Shown: one piece after another, positions 39,234 to 49,030 of the stretch
Layout: every line of letters begins with the position of its first letter
How positions within the stretch are numbered: the first letter of the stretch is position 1
Source of the DNA: Dehalococcoidia bacterium
GTDB lineage: Bacteria > Chloroflexota > Dehalococcoidia > Lucifugimonadales > CAUZJF01
NCBI GenBank assembly: GCA_963665215.2
Contig: CAXXWW010000003.1
Location: forward strand, 94,526-158,525
Reading direction: 5' to 3'
Length of the DNA: 64,000 nucleotides
Notes under the pieces: model-generated
Databases searched by the model: none
Seen by the model: the letters and a program-made list of their open reading frames with translations, nothing else
What the model was told of the DNA's origin: nothing
Position numbers and translations under genes: made by a program

Positions 39234-39913
39234 CAGCGAACTTCCACACAGACGGCACTGGGTCTGAGCATGTTCGTCTATCTGTAGCTCAAACATCGAC
39301 TCCCCCCTGTCGATCAGTGGGATTGACATTTGCTCTCTCGACCACGTGACTTTGACCACGGAGAAAAGATGAGCAAGTCCGGGCGAAAATCCCGCACCAT
39401 CCAGGGAATGTATGTTTCCAAGCCCACCTCTGACAATGAGCAATTGCCTTCCCTGTTGGTGGTCGCATGACAGAACCAAATATATGGGCCTCATGAATCA
39501 GCAAGGAAGGCATGTTGGATTTTCTTGATTCTGAATCTTACTTAGAGCCACTTTCCGATTTTAAGGATGCGCGGCCCCATTATGCGGCTTGTTTGCCTTA
39601 TTCCGCTAAAATTGACTATCCTACGCGATGCCCGCAGTCCTCTTGTGCGTTGCTACCTGTCAAGGGTGTCGACGTCCAGCGATTATGTCAGGGTAATGGA
39701 CCAGCGATTATGTCAGTGGTTGCTGTGTCAAGCCAATAGTTATCCAGTTCGATGATTGAGAAAGCCCCCACCTCCAGCTTCGTGTGACACCGTGGGTGGC
39801 AGTGATGGTGACTCGATCCGAGCGGAGCAGCCCGCGGATAAATGGATAACCTTGGCGGGATTGCCCACTTACCCACAGGCCGGTTGTTATGGACCGAAGG
39901 CGGTTCCACATGA

Positions 39914-40105
39914 TCAAGAGTGAGCAGCGAGCTCCCTGTCCGGATAGACAGGTGGACTTGAAGCCTCAACGTACTTTCGGACGGTGATGCGGGATATGCC
40001 CAATTCCCGGGCGATTGCCCGAAGAGAAAGGCCTCGACGCTTGGCCCTCTGCACTGCTTTCCAACGGGCTCGCTGACGAGGCGTCGGCGGTCTGGGTGGT
40101 TGAGC
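39914..40105 (-). pseudogene. HTH fragment of a transposase-like gene, N-terminally cut by IS1380 copy 3
   Basis: The minus strand encodes QPPRPPTPRQRARWKAVQRAKRRGLSLRAIARELGISRITVRKYVEASSPPVYPDRELAAHS*, an HTH of the type found at IS21/IS481-like transposase N-termini. Confidence 0.35.
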
Positions 40106-40110
40106 CTAAG

Positions 40111-41829
40111 CCCGAATCCACCGAAGGACACCGATGGACGGCGTGAGGAAAGCGGAAGGGGGGTGAGGGAGCTACAGGGGAAATAGCCTGGGTTCCATTT
40201 GGGGTAGGGAGGTCGGCGGACGGTCTTCATCGCCGCACAGGGGCCCCTATGGCCGTCTGCGGGAGCTGCGATGCGCGGGATGGCGAGAGAATACGCAGCA
40301 GGGAACTCTCTCGGACCGGGCTGGCACGAGTCTGCGGGGATCTTCGGTTGTCCGGTGGGTGGGTCGGTCGCCGACGGTGCCGTCAGGCCGGGAGTGGAAT
40401 GGCTCGCAGCCGGGCCAAGGCGCGGCTGAACTTCTCAGCCCAAGGCCAGCGATCCGGAAGATGCAGGGTCAACCGGCGTGCCGAGCGGGTGAGCCGTCCG
40501 GCCAGGGAGAAGAACCGCCGCCGGAGGGTCTTGGTGGTGGCTATCCGCTCTCCCAGACCGATCCGCGCCGTCCAGCGGGCCAGGTTGTGGGCCATCGTCT
40601 GGACGGCCAGCCAGGCGCCGTTGGCGGCGAAGCGGCCCGAGGGGAGATGGTTCAGCCCGACGCCGTACTTGAGGTCGCGTATGGCATTCTCGATCTCGGC
40701 GTGGCGGCGATGGTCAGCCTCCAGTTCGAGCAACTCCCCGTCCCGGTCGGTGATGAAGCCATGATAGCTGTATTTGGCGAAGAGGGCCAGTTGGGAACCG
40801 GGCGTCGGCTTCACCCGCCGGACGATGAGCCGTACCGGCGCGGCGTCCGCCTCGGCCTGGAAGGGGGTGCAGGTGGTCTCGGCCACATCGGCGGCGCCGT
40901 CCATCCAGTAAGGAATCGGCGTCCAGGCATCTTCGGGTATCGCCTCGATGAGATTGTGCAGGCTTTTGTGCTGGCGGATGGTGATGGAGAAGCGGACATC
41001 CATCTTGCGGCAGACGGATACCACGCCATGAGTGTAGAACCCGCTGTCGGCCCGTAGCGTGAGTCGTCCGTTGGCCCCGGCGTAGCGCACCCGTCCCACC
41101 GTCTCCCGCAGGAAGTGGGCGGCGCCGCGGGCGGTGTTGGCCCGGCCCTCGCGCAGCCGGGACATCAGCACGTCTCCGGTGCCGGCGGCGATGGCCAGCA
41201 GCGGGTGGTAGCCCCGCTTGCCGGTATAGCCGTGGTGGCGGGCGCCCTCCTTGGCCAGTCCGTAGGTCTCGCAGATGGTGGAGTCCAGGTCAATGGTCAG
41301 GGGCCCGTCGCCGGGTCCCGCCCCGGCCTGCCAAGCCCGGGCCAGCAACTCGCGGCTCACCCGGTCGAGTTGACGGACGTGGCCCCACCGGAAGCTGCGC
41401 AGGAAGGTGCCCAGGGTGGATGGCGCCTTGACCGTGCCGCCCAGGGTGCAGGCCGTCCCCCCGGTGCGCAACACATCGGCGTCGTCAATGCAGTCGCCCC
41501 CAGCCAGCGCAGACGCCACCAGCGTCATCATCTTGTCGCTCGTGTTCGCCCGCCCCGGGGCATCGCCTAGGTCGAGGCGCTGCCGGACGAGTTCGGGCAG
41601 GCCGAGGTGCCGCGCCAGGGTGGCCGGAAGGAGCAGCCCGGCATTGGCCACCAAGCGGCGGTCGTCGAAGGTGATTTGGATCCGGTCGGGGTGGTTGCGT
41701 GGCAGCATCTACTGGGTGCTCCTTTTCCGGGGCCGTTTTTTTGCTACAAAACCATTATCCCAGAAGCACAGGAGCACCTTCTTGCCGCCTCAGGACGCTA
41801 ACCCGACGCCCTCCTTCGGTGGATTCGGG
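40111..41829 (-). mobile_element. IS1380-family insertion sequence, copy 3 (1719 bp)
   Basis: Same inverted repeats as copy 1. Flanks are CTAAG (40106-40110) and CTAAA (41830-41834), matching in only 4 of 5 positions. Confidence 0.9.
40383..41708 (-). CDS. IS1380-family transposase (441 aa)
   Basis: Protein identical to copy 1; a few synonymous differences at the DNA level. Confidence 0.92.
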   Translation of the reverse strand: MLPRNHPDRIQITFDDRRLVANAGLLLPATLARHLGLPELVRQRLDLGDAPGRANTSDKMMTLVASALAGGDCIDDADVLRTGGTACTLGGTVKAPSTLGTFLRSFRWGHVRQLDRVSRELLARAWQAGAGPGDGPLTIDLDSTICETYGLAKEGARHHGYTGKRGYHPLLAIAAGTGDVLMSRLREGRANTARGAAHFLRETVGRVRYAGANGRLTLRADSGFYTHGVVSVCRKMDVRFSITIRQHKSLHNLIEAIPEDAWTPIPYWMDGAADVAETTCTPFQAEADAAPVRLIVRRVKPTPGSQLALFAKYSYHGFITDRDGELLELEADHRRHAEIENAIRDLKYGVGLNHLPSGRFAANGAWLAVQTMAHNLARWTARIGLGERIATTKTLRRRFFSLAGRLTRSARRLTLHLPDRWPWAEKFSRALARLRAIPLPA

Positions 41830-41884
41830 CTAAAGGGAACGGTCCCGCCGAATCCCATACGGCCCCATAGGAAAGGAGAAACCC

Positions 41885-42135
41885 ATGCTCGACCAAAAGG
41901 GAAACGCCAAAACCACGACCTGGCAGGACAACCACAGCGGGCGCCGCAGGCACAAGCTCATGACGAAGGAGCTCGGGGACGCGATCCCCGCCATCGGAGC
42001 CAACGAGAACGTCGAAGACCACGACGACGTTCTCGCCCCGGCCAAGCTGTTCAGCCCCTGTGCGCCGCGTGACGCGGCATAGGATCCTCGACCCAATCGA
42101 GAGGGACTCGGAGGAAGTCCCTGGGCCAACCGACC
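41885..42135 (+). pseudogene. DUF2958-like gene remnant (plasmid/ICE-associated family)
   Basis: MLDQKGN...HKLMTKELGDAIPAIGANENVEDHDDVLAPAKLFSP resembles the DUF2958 N-terminus (LLTKEL..LP......KFFTP). A downstream ..LDPIERDSEEVP piece is in another frame. An internal deletion or frameshift is inferred. Confidence 0.35.
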
Positions 42136-42281
42136 CACCTTGAGGCGAAAGCCAAGGGGGACAACAGCATGTCGGTAAAGCGGCTACAGCCCCAAAGCGT
42201 TGTAGGGCTGGTTCCGCAAGGCCCGCGCGATACGGTGAAAGCTACACTGCCTGAACCCTAGTCCCCAGTAGGTGTTTGAAG

Positions 42282-43649
42282 GAGGTATCTTCAAAAAGTG
42301 TGTAAACAGTCAGGCGGTGTACCCTCTCTCTGAACAACACGGGCTCGAGGCCCAAGAGAGGAGATAGACCGCCCATGAGGAAGGAAAGCACTGAGAGTAG
42401 GTCGGAGTCAAGGCCGGAGTGGGAGCAGTTGGAGGATTGGGTGCGAAGCCAGGTCCAGAGGCTGATCCAGGAGTTGCTGGAGGAGGAGGTGACGGCGTTT
42501 CTGGGAAGGGCGAAGTCGGCGCTCAGATCCGACTCGGACTCAGATACCGGCTATCGGAACGGATACGGCAGAGCCCGGAGGCTTACGCTGAGTTCGGGAA
42601 CGATACAGCTGAGGCGGCCGCGAGTCCGCGATACCGAGGAGCAGTTCGAGAGCCGGCTGCTGCCGCTGTTCGTCAACAGGACCAGGAAGGTTGCTGAGTT
42701 GATCCCCGAGCTGTACCTGCACGGTCTATCCGAAGGCGACTTCGATCTGGCTTTGCGGGGGCTGCTGGGAGAGGACGCACCGGTATCGGCGAGCACGGTG
42801 GCCCGGTTGAAGGATAAGTGGAACGATGAGCTTGCCCAATGGCGCAGCCGGCCCCTCGATGACCTGGAAGTGGTCTACATGTGGGTGGATGGAGTCTACG
42901 TCAAGGCTGGTCTTGAGAAGGAGAAGGCGGCGGTACTGGTGGTGATGGCGGCCCTGAGCGACGGGAGCAAGGTGGTGGTGAGCGCTGTTCCTGGATACAG
43001 GGAGTCCACAGAGAACTGGTCCGAGGTGCTCAGGGACATCAAGCGCCGGGGCTTGAGCTGCCCGAGGCTGGTGGTTGGAGACGGACACCTGGGCATCTGG
43101 GGAGCTCTGCGCAACGTCTATCCGCAGGCGGCAGAGCAACGCTGCTGGAACCACAAGATCGTAAACGTGCTCGCCAAGCTTCCAAAGCGACAACAGGACC
43201 AGGCCAAGCTCATGCTGCGTACTATCCCCTACGCGCCGACTCGGACAGAGGCTGAGCGGCTCAGGACGGTGTTCACCAGGTGGTGCGGCGACCATTCCTA
43301 CGAGGCGGCCTCAGAGGCCTTGGAGCGGGACTGGGACCGCATGGTCACCTTCTATGACTTCCCAAAGGAGCACTGGGGGCACCTTCGCACGACGAACCCG
43401 GTAGAATCACCCTTCGCGGCCCTCAGGCTTCGGACCGATGCCGCCAAGCGCTACAAGAGGGTCGATCGGGCGATAGCGGTGATCTGGAAAATGTTGATGG
43501 TCGCCGAACAGCGCTTCAGGCGTCTGAAGGCCCCTGAGTTGATCGAAGACGTCTATCTCGGTGCACAGTATGCGGATGGAATCGCCATTGAATCAACGGC
43601 TGAGAAGGTCGCCGCCTGATGTCGTTTACACACCTATTGACGTAACCTC
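42282..43649 (+). mobile_element. IS256-family insertion sequence, copy C (1368 bp), no target duplication
   Basis: Complete termini, but the flanks GTTTGAAG (42274-42281) and GGGGGAGG (43650-43657) do not match. Confidence 0.9.
42375..43619 (+). CDS. IS256-family transposase (414 aa)
   Basis: Protein identical to copy A. Confidence 0.92.
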   Translation: MRKESTESRSESRPEWEQLEDWVRSQVQRLIQELLEEEVTAFLGRAKSALRSDSDSDTGYRNGYGRARRLTLSSGTIQLRRPRVRDTEEQFESRLLPLFVNRTRKVAELIPELYLHGLSEGDFDLALRGLLGEDAPVSASTVARLKDKWNDELAQWRSRPLDDLEVVYMWVDGVYVKAGLEKEKAAVLVVMAALSDGSKVVVSAVPGYRESTENWSEVLRDIKRRGLSCPRLVVGDGHLGIWGALRNVYPQAAEQRCWNHKIVNVLAKLPKRQQDQAKLMLRTIPYAPTRTEAERLRTVFTRWCGDHSYEAASEALERDWDRMVTFYDFPKEHWGHLRTTNPVESPFAALRLRTDAAKRYKRVDRAIAVIWKMLMVAEQRFRRLKAPELIEDVYLGAQYADGIAIESTAEKVAA

Positions 43650-44267
43650 GGGGGAGGACGTGAAGGCCCTCACCAACCACTCGGGCTCCCGAAATTACGT
43701 GGACATACCTGTCTACCTGAAGGAGGCGACGGGGAAGGCGACGGCATCGGCAGGCGGCAGTGCACCGACAACTACAAGATCAGGCCCATCCGCCGAAGGA
43801 TACGCGAGATGTTGGAACTCAGGCCCAGGCAGCGCGTCCCCGCCGGAACGACCGTTGAGCTGTGGCTCGGCATCTCCACCGACGAGGCCATACGCATGAG
43901 GACCTCCCGCGACCGGTGGATGACGAACCGCTACCCTCTCATCGAGGCGGGGATGTCCCGCAGCGACTGCCTGAACTGGTGGCAGGAGCGTTACGACAGG
44001 CCCCTGGAACGCTCGGCCTGCGTCGCCTGCCCCTTCCAGTCCCGGCAGCGGTGGGTCGAGACCAAGCGCAGGTGGCCGGAGATGTTCGCCGAGGCGGTGG
44101 AGATCGACGACCGGCTGCGGGATGGACTGGCCCTGGACAAGACGCCGTACCTGCACTCCCTGCGGATGCCGCTGGCCGAGGCGGTCGCCCTCGATGAGGT
44201 GGCCCTCGGAGACGACGAACAGCGAGACGGGTTCGGGAACGAGTGCGAGGGCCACTGTGGGGTGTGA
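43650..44267 (+). pseudogene. PAPS-reductase-family (phage/plasmid type) gene, 5'-truncated at the IS256 copy C boundary
   Basis: The frame is open from the IS edge: ..RQCTDNYKIRPIRRRIREMLELRP...ELWLGISTDEAIRMR...YPLIEAGMSRSDCLNWW...SACVACPFQS...EGHCGV*. The N-terminal PP-loop part is absent. Confidence 0.6.
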
Positions 44268-44448
44268 GGTGGGTGTGAAGGCGACCGACAGGGGTCCGGG
44301 CAGCCGAGGGCTGCCCGCGCTATCACCGGTATCGAGCGTTGACAGCCGCCGCCGCTCGTGGTATGTTTTTCTCACCACCCCTATCTCTTCGGCGGTAGGG
44401 TCGAGACCGTCCTCCGGGGCGGTCTCTGTCTTTGTATGGGAGTAGCGA

Positions 44449-45078
44449 TTGATCACCAACCTCTACATCGACGGATTCAATCTCTACTACCGCGCCCTGA
44501 AGGACACGCCCTACAGGTGGCTGGACCTCCGGAGGCTGGCCGAGACGCTCTTTCCCCAGGACTCGATCAACCGGGTTTCCTACTTCACCGCGCGGCTCGA
44601 CGCCCGTCCTGGGAATCCCTCTCAACGCCAGCGGCAGCAGGCGTATCTGAGAGCCCTGGCGACGCTGCCGGGCTTCGACGCGTACTACGGCGTGTTCCGG
44701 TCCGGCGTCAAGCGCCGCCCTCTGGCTGAGCCGGCGCCGGGGTTGCCGTCTTACGTCCTGGTGAGGGACTCGGAGGAGAAGGGGTCGGACGTGAACCTCG
44801 CCACTCGTCTCTTGGTCGATGGGTTCAACGGGGAGTACGAGCAGGCGGTCGTCGTGTCCAATGACGCCGACTTTGCGGGAGCGATGCGGTATGTTCGGGA
44901 CGACCTGGGCCTTCGCGTCACCCTTGTCAATCCAGACTCCAAGAACAGCAGTCCGAGGGAGCTGGCGGACGCCGCGACCTACGTAAAGCGCCTTTGGAAG
45001 AGCCACCTGAGGCGGAGCCAGCTTCCCGACACGCTGACTGACGGGATCGGAACTATAACCAAGCCGGCGGGGTGGTAG
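44449..45078 (+). CDS. NYN-domain (LabA/DUF88-like, PIN-related) protein
   Basis: TTG start behind GGGAG. MITNLYIDGFNLYY...EKGSDVNLATRLLVDGF...AVVVSNDADFAGAM matches the NYN acidic-residue pattern. Confidence 0.7.
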   Translation: MITNLYIDGFNLYYRALKDTPYRWLDLRRLAETLFPQDSINRVSYFTARLDARPGNPSQRQRQQAYLRALATLPGFDAYYGVFRSGVKRRPLAEPAPGLPSYVLVRDSEEKGSDVNLATRLLVDGFNGEYEQAVVVSNDADFAGAMRYVRDDLGLRVTLVNPDSKNSSPRELADAATYVKRLWKSHLRRSQLPDTLTDGIGTITKPAGW

Positions 45079-45298
45079 CGAATGACTGACCCACTGCCGG
45101 ACGGGCGCCGCGCTTTGACGCCGGCCCCCCAATCGCGGTATCATGTGAGCGAAAGTTGGCCCGGCGATGCAGCAAACACCCCGGGCCGTGGCGCCACCTG
45201 AAGGAACAGGTGATGCAAGTAGCATTGTACTACTCGCAGACCCGCTCCCGACAGGAGGCGGGTCTTTTTGATTTCAGCGTATCGGAAAGGAGGCAGCA

Positions 45299-46930
45299 AT
45301 GGCGAGAATCACCGATAGAAAGACGGAGGCGAACCGGGCGGCCATCTACGCCCGCGTCTCGGACAAGAGCCAGGACGGGGAGGACAAGACCTCCATCTCC
45401 GAGCAGACGGGCGACATGGAAGCCTACTGCGAGAGCAAGGGGCTGACCATCACCACCCGCTACCAGGAGGTGGGCCGGGGATGGTCGAAGAAGCGACCCG
45501 AGTTCCAGCGGATGCTTGCCGACGCCAGAAAGGGACGCTTCGACACCATCGTGTGCTGGAAGTCCGACCGCCTCAGCAGGGGCATGTACCCCGTCGCCGC
45601 CCTCATGGAGGTCGTCGAGGCCCATCAGATTCGGCTCGAAGCCGTCTTGGACGCCATCGACATGAAGACCTTCGGACTCATGGCGGCCATCGGCAAGATT
45701 GAGTTGGACAACTTCCGGGAGCGATCCACTATGGGCAAGCGGGGGACGGCCAAGCAGGGACGGGTGCCCACCGGCGGCGTCCCCTACGGATACCGCATCG
45801 GGGACGACGGCAGGTTTGAGGTGATTGAGGAGCAGGCGGAGGTCGTCCGCCGCATCTTCCGCATGTACGTCGATGAGCGGATGGGGTCCTACTCGATTGC
45901 CGTGCGGCTGACCGACGAGGGGGTTCCCACGCAGTCCGGCAAGCTGCTGTGGCTTCAGTCCCGCGTGCACCACATTCTGAAGAATGCCACCTACACGGGC
46001 ACCTGGGTCTACGGAAGGTACCGCCACGTCTCCACCGAGGATGGTATGAAGGTCTACAACCAGCCCAAGGACACCTGGATTGAGATCCCGGTCCCGCAAA
46101 TCATCGACGATGAGACCTGGAAACGGGCGCAGAAGTTGAAGAAGCAGCGGGGCAGCAAGGCCAAGAGGAACACGAAGGTGGTCTACCTGTTGCAGCACCT
46201 TCTGAAATGCGGCGAGTGCGGCCGCAACTTCCATGCGAGGGCGAGTTGGACAACCACCAGCGTTCGCAAAGGCAAGGCTTACACCTACGACCTGACCGCC
46301 CCCCGCCGCTACTACATGTGCAACGGGATGCAGAGTATGCGCCTGCGCTGCCGCGAGAAGCCCTACATCCGGGCTGAGCAGTTGGAGGAGCCGATATGGC
46401 GCGAGGTGAAGCGGGTACTCCAGAACCCCGATCTGATCGTCGCCGGTATCGCCGACCTCGATTCTCAGGATGGCGTCGGAATGGAGGAGGAGATCGCCCA
46501 GGCCGAGCGCGACCTGCGGAGCATCCAGATGGAAGAGGACCGCGCCATCAGGCTGTTCGTGTCGGGGAAGATCACCGAGGCCCAACTCGACCTCCAGCGC
46601 AGGTTCATCACCGAGCGGCTTGAGAGCGCCAGGGCGAAGCTGGACGATTATCTGGTTCAGGAGACGAGTGGAGCTGAAAAGCGGCGACTGATGGAGGAGG
46701 TTCTAACCTGGGCGAGAGAGTTCGGCCAGGGCCTGGACGAGGTGACCCCCGAGGAGCGTCACGATTATCTCCAGATGATCGTGGAAGAGGTCATCATCGA
46801 CAGGGACAACAACGTGGACATCACGCTGGCTTTACCCATCGACGATGATTCCTCAGACCCTGATTCTCCTGACCCTGAGTCCCCTGACCCTGAGTGCGTG
46901 TCAATTGGTTCACAAGAATCTTCGCCTTGA
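45299..46930 (+). CDS. Large serine recombinase (resolvase domain, recombinase domain and zinc ribbon)
   Basis: AAGGAGG RBS. AAIYARVSDKSQ (catalytic Ser region), CWKSDRLSRG, VPYGYRI, Cys-rich LLKCGECGRNFH...YYMCNG, and a coiled-coil tail. Confidence 0.9.
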   Translation: MARITDRKTEANRAAIYARVSDKSQDGEDKTSISEQTGDMEAYCESKGLTITTRYQEVGRGWSKKRPEFQRMLADARKGRFDTIVCWKSDRLSRGMYPVAALMEVVEAHQIRLEAVLDAIDMKTFGLMAAIGKIELDNFRERSTMGKRGTAKQGRVPTGGVPYGYRIGDDGRFEVIEEQAEVVRRIFRMYVDERMGSYSIAVRLTDEGVPTQSGKLLWLQSRVHHILKNATYTGTWVYGRYRHVSTEDGMKVYNQPKDTWIEIPVPQIIDDETWKRAQKLKKQRGSKAKRNTKVVYLLQHLLKCGECGRNFHARASWTTTSVRKGKAYTYDLTAPRRYYMCNGMQSMRLRCREKPYIRAEQLEEPIWREVKRVLQNPDLIVAGIADLDSQDGVGMEEEIAQAERDLRSIQMEEDRAIRLFVSGKITEAQLDLQRRFITERLESARAKLDDYLVQETSGAEKRRLMEEVLTWAREFGQGLDEVTPEERHDYLQMIVEEVIIDRDNNVDITLALPIDDDSSDPDSPDPESPDPECVSIGSQESSP

Positions 46931-47198
46931 GGTTCAGGCTGGAAGTATAGTCAGGCTGTAGGCCCGCCCTCGCCGGGCCAGGACTCACGAGGGCTGCCGA
47001 CACGCGGGATGTCCCTACTCTGATGGCAGGAGCATCTGTCGATGCCTCACCCGGATTCCTGCTATTCTCTGAAATCAGCCTACTCGAATGGTTGAGATGG
47101 AGAAATTCGCTTGATCCCCCAAGTGCATTCCCGTTTCCTAGGGGGCCAGCATCCGCCGTCGTCAGCCAAAAGCAGGAGATACAGAATGGGAGACTTGT

Positions 47199-47483
47199 AT
47201 GGACGAGATGAGCATCCAAGAGGGTATAGACTATATTCGTGGGAAGTTCAGAGGATTGGAAGCTATGCTGGCCATTACAAGAGGCACGTTCGATCAGGAT
47301 GACAGAGAGTTCCTTATAGAACGATTCAATGGCCTGGTGAACACGGCTACCCGAATCAACATCGAGGCCAACGTGTTGGGTGATTCATCTCCGCATACCG
47401 AGCCGTTTTATCGCGGAATCACAGACGCGGTAGAGGGCGTCACGAACTGCTTCAATAGAGACTCTGAAGAGGGAAATCCGTAA
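47199..47483 (+). CDS. Hypothetical 94-aa protein
   Basis: ATG behind GGGAG. The stop lies 4 nt before the next gene's GTG. No recognised domain. Confidence 0.45.
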   Translation: MDEMSIQEGIDYIRGKFRGLEAMLAITRGTFDQDDREFLIERFNGLVNTATRINIEANVLGDSSPHTEPFYRGITDAVEGVTNCFNRDSEEGNP

Positions 47484-47662
47484 GCAAGTGTCCGACGATT
47501 CCGTCTCCAAAGAGGCTTTAGGTCAGAGACTCCACATACCGGAGAGGATAACGCTGAGCATCCCACCCTCAGGCTACGAGTCTGTCGGCTGGGGTGGGCC
47601 GTGGTCGATCGTCCTACGAGGAGAGTTCGTACGGGGCTCCTACACGACCGGGCGCCTCCTCT

Positions 47663-49030
47663 GAGGTTACGTCAATAGGTGTGTAAACGACATCAGGCGG
47701 CGAGCTTCTCAGCCGTTGATTCAATGGCGATTCCATCCGCATACTGTGCACCGAGATAGACGTCTTCGATCAACTCAGGGGCCTTCAGACGCCTGAAGCG
47801 CTGTTCGGCGACCATCAACATTTTCCAGATCACCGCTATCGCCCGATCGACCCTCTTGTAGCGCTTGGCGGCATCGGTCCGAAGCCTGAGGGCCGCGAAG
47901 GGTGATTCTACCGGGTTCGTCGTGCGAAGGTGCCCCCAGTGCTCCTTTGGGAAGTCATAGAAGGTGACCATGCGGTCCCAGTCCCGCTCCAAGGCCTCTG
48001 AGGCCGCCTCGTAGGAATGGTCGCCGCACCACCTGGTGAACACCGTCCTGAGCCGCTCAGCCTCTGTCCGAGTCGGCGCGTAGGGGATAGTACGCAGCAT
48101 GAGCTTGGCCTGGTCCTGTCGTCGCTTTGGAAGCTTGGCGAGCACGTTTACGATCTTGTGGTTCCAGCAGCGTTGCTCTGCCGCCTGCGGATAGACGTTG
48201 CGCAGAGCTCCCCAGATGCCCAGGTGTCCGTCTCCAACCACCAGCCTCGGGCAGCTCAAGCCCCGGCGCTTGATGTCCCTGAGCACCTCGGACCAGTTCT
48301 CTGTGGACTCCCTGTATCCGGGAACAGCGCTCACCACCACCTTGCTCCCGTCGCTCAGGGCCGCCATCACCACCAGTACCGCCGCCTTCTCCTTCTCAAG
48401 ACCAGCCTTGACGTAGACTCCATCCACCCACATGTAGACCACTTCCAGGTCATCGAGGGGCCGGCTGCGCCATTGGGCAAGCTCATCGTTCCACTTATCC
48501 TTCAACCGGGCCACCGTGCTCGCCGATACCGGTGCGTCCTCTCCCAGCAGCCCCCGCAAAGCCAGATCGAAGTCGCCTTCGGATAGACCGTGCAGGTACA
48601 GCTCGGGGATCAACTCAGCAACCTTCCTGGTCCTGTTGACGAACAGCGGCAGCAGCCGGCTCTCGAACTGCTCCTCGGTATCGCGGACTCGCGGCCGCCT
48701 CAGCTGTATCGTTCCCGAACTCAGCGTAAGCCTCCGGGCTCTGCCGTATCCGTTCCGATAGCCGGTATCGTTGTCCGAGTCGGATCTGAGCGCCGACTTC
48801 GCCCTTCCCAGAAACGCCGTCACCTCCTCCTCCAGCAACTCCTGGATCAGCCTCTGGACCTGGCTTCGCACCCAATCCTCCAACTGCTCCCACTCCGGCC
48901 TTGACTCCGACCTACTCTCAGTGCTTTCCTTCCTCATGGGCGGTCTATCTCCTCTCTTGGGCCTCGAGCCCGTGTTGTTCAGAGAGAGGGTACACCGCCT
49001 GACTGTTTACACACTTTTTGAAGATACCTC
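47663..49030 (-). mobile_element. IS256-family insertion sequence, copy D (1368 bp)
   Basis: Perfect 8-bp target duplication CCTCCTCT at 47655-47662 and 49031-49038. Confidence 0.92.
47693..48937 (-). CDS. IS256-family transposase (414 aa)
   Basis: Three substitutions relative to copy A (SDSDN, KRRQDQ, AEKLAA). Confidence 0.92.
   Translation of the reverse strand: MRKESTESRSESRPEWEQLEDWVRSQVQRLIQELLEEEVTAFLGRAKSALRSDSDNDTGYRNGYGRARRLTLSSGTIQLRRPRVRDTEEQFESRLLPLFVNRTRKVAELIPELYLHGLSEGDFDLALRGLLGEDAPVSASTVARLKDKWNDELAQWRSRPLDDLEVVYMWVDGVYVKAGLEKEKAAVLVVMAALSDGSKVVVSAVPGYRESTENWSEVLRDIKRRGLSCPRLVVGDGHLGIWGALRNVYPQAAEQRCWNHKIVNVLAKLPKRRQDQAKLMLRTIPYAPTRTEAERLRTVFTRWCGDHSYEAASEALERDWDRMVTFYDFPKEHWGHLRTTNPVESPFAALRLRTDAAKRYKRVDRAIAVIWKMLMVAEQRFRRLKAPELIEDVYLGAQYADGIAIESTAEKLAA

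Larger units (their letters stand above)
37783..39494 (-). pseudogene. Small hypothetical gene (about 112 aa when reconstructed) upstream of yhaO-like, split by IS256 copy B
   Basis: MRPIYLVLSCDHQQGRQLLIVRGG...QCRLCGSSL (39494-39234) continues in frame as LAVMLRHSADFPEDLFDSALNRYR* (37857-37783) once the IS and one target repeat are removed. Confidence 0.45.

Noticed and set aside
44323-46585. 300-aa and 451-aa minus-strand ORFs.
   Set aside because: Antisense to the NYN and serine-recombinase genes, both of which have strong motifs and RBSs.
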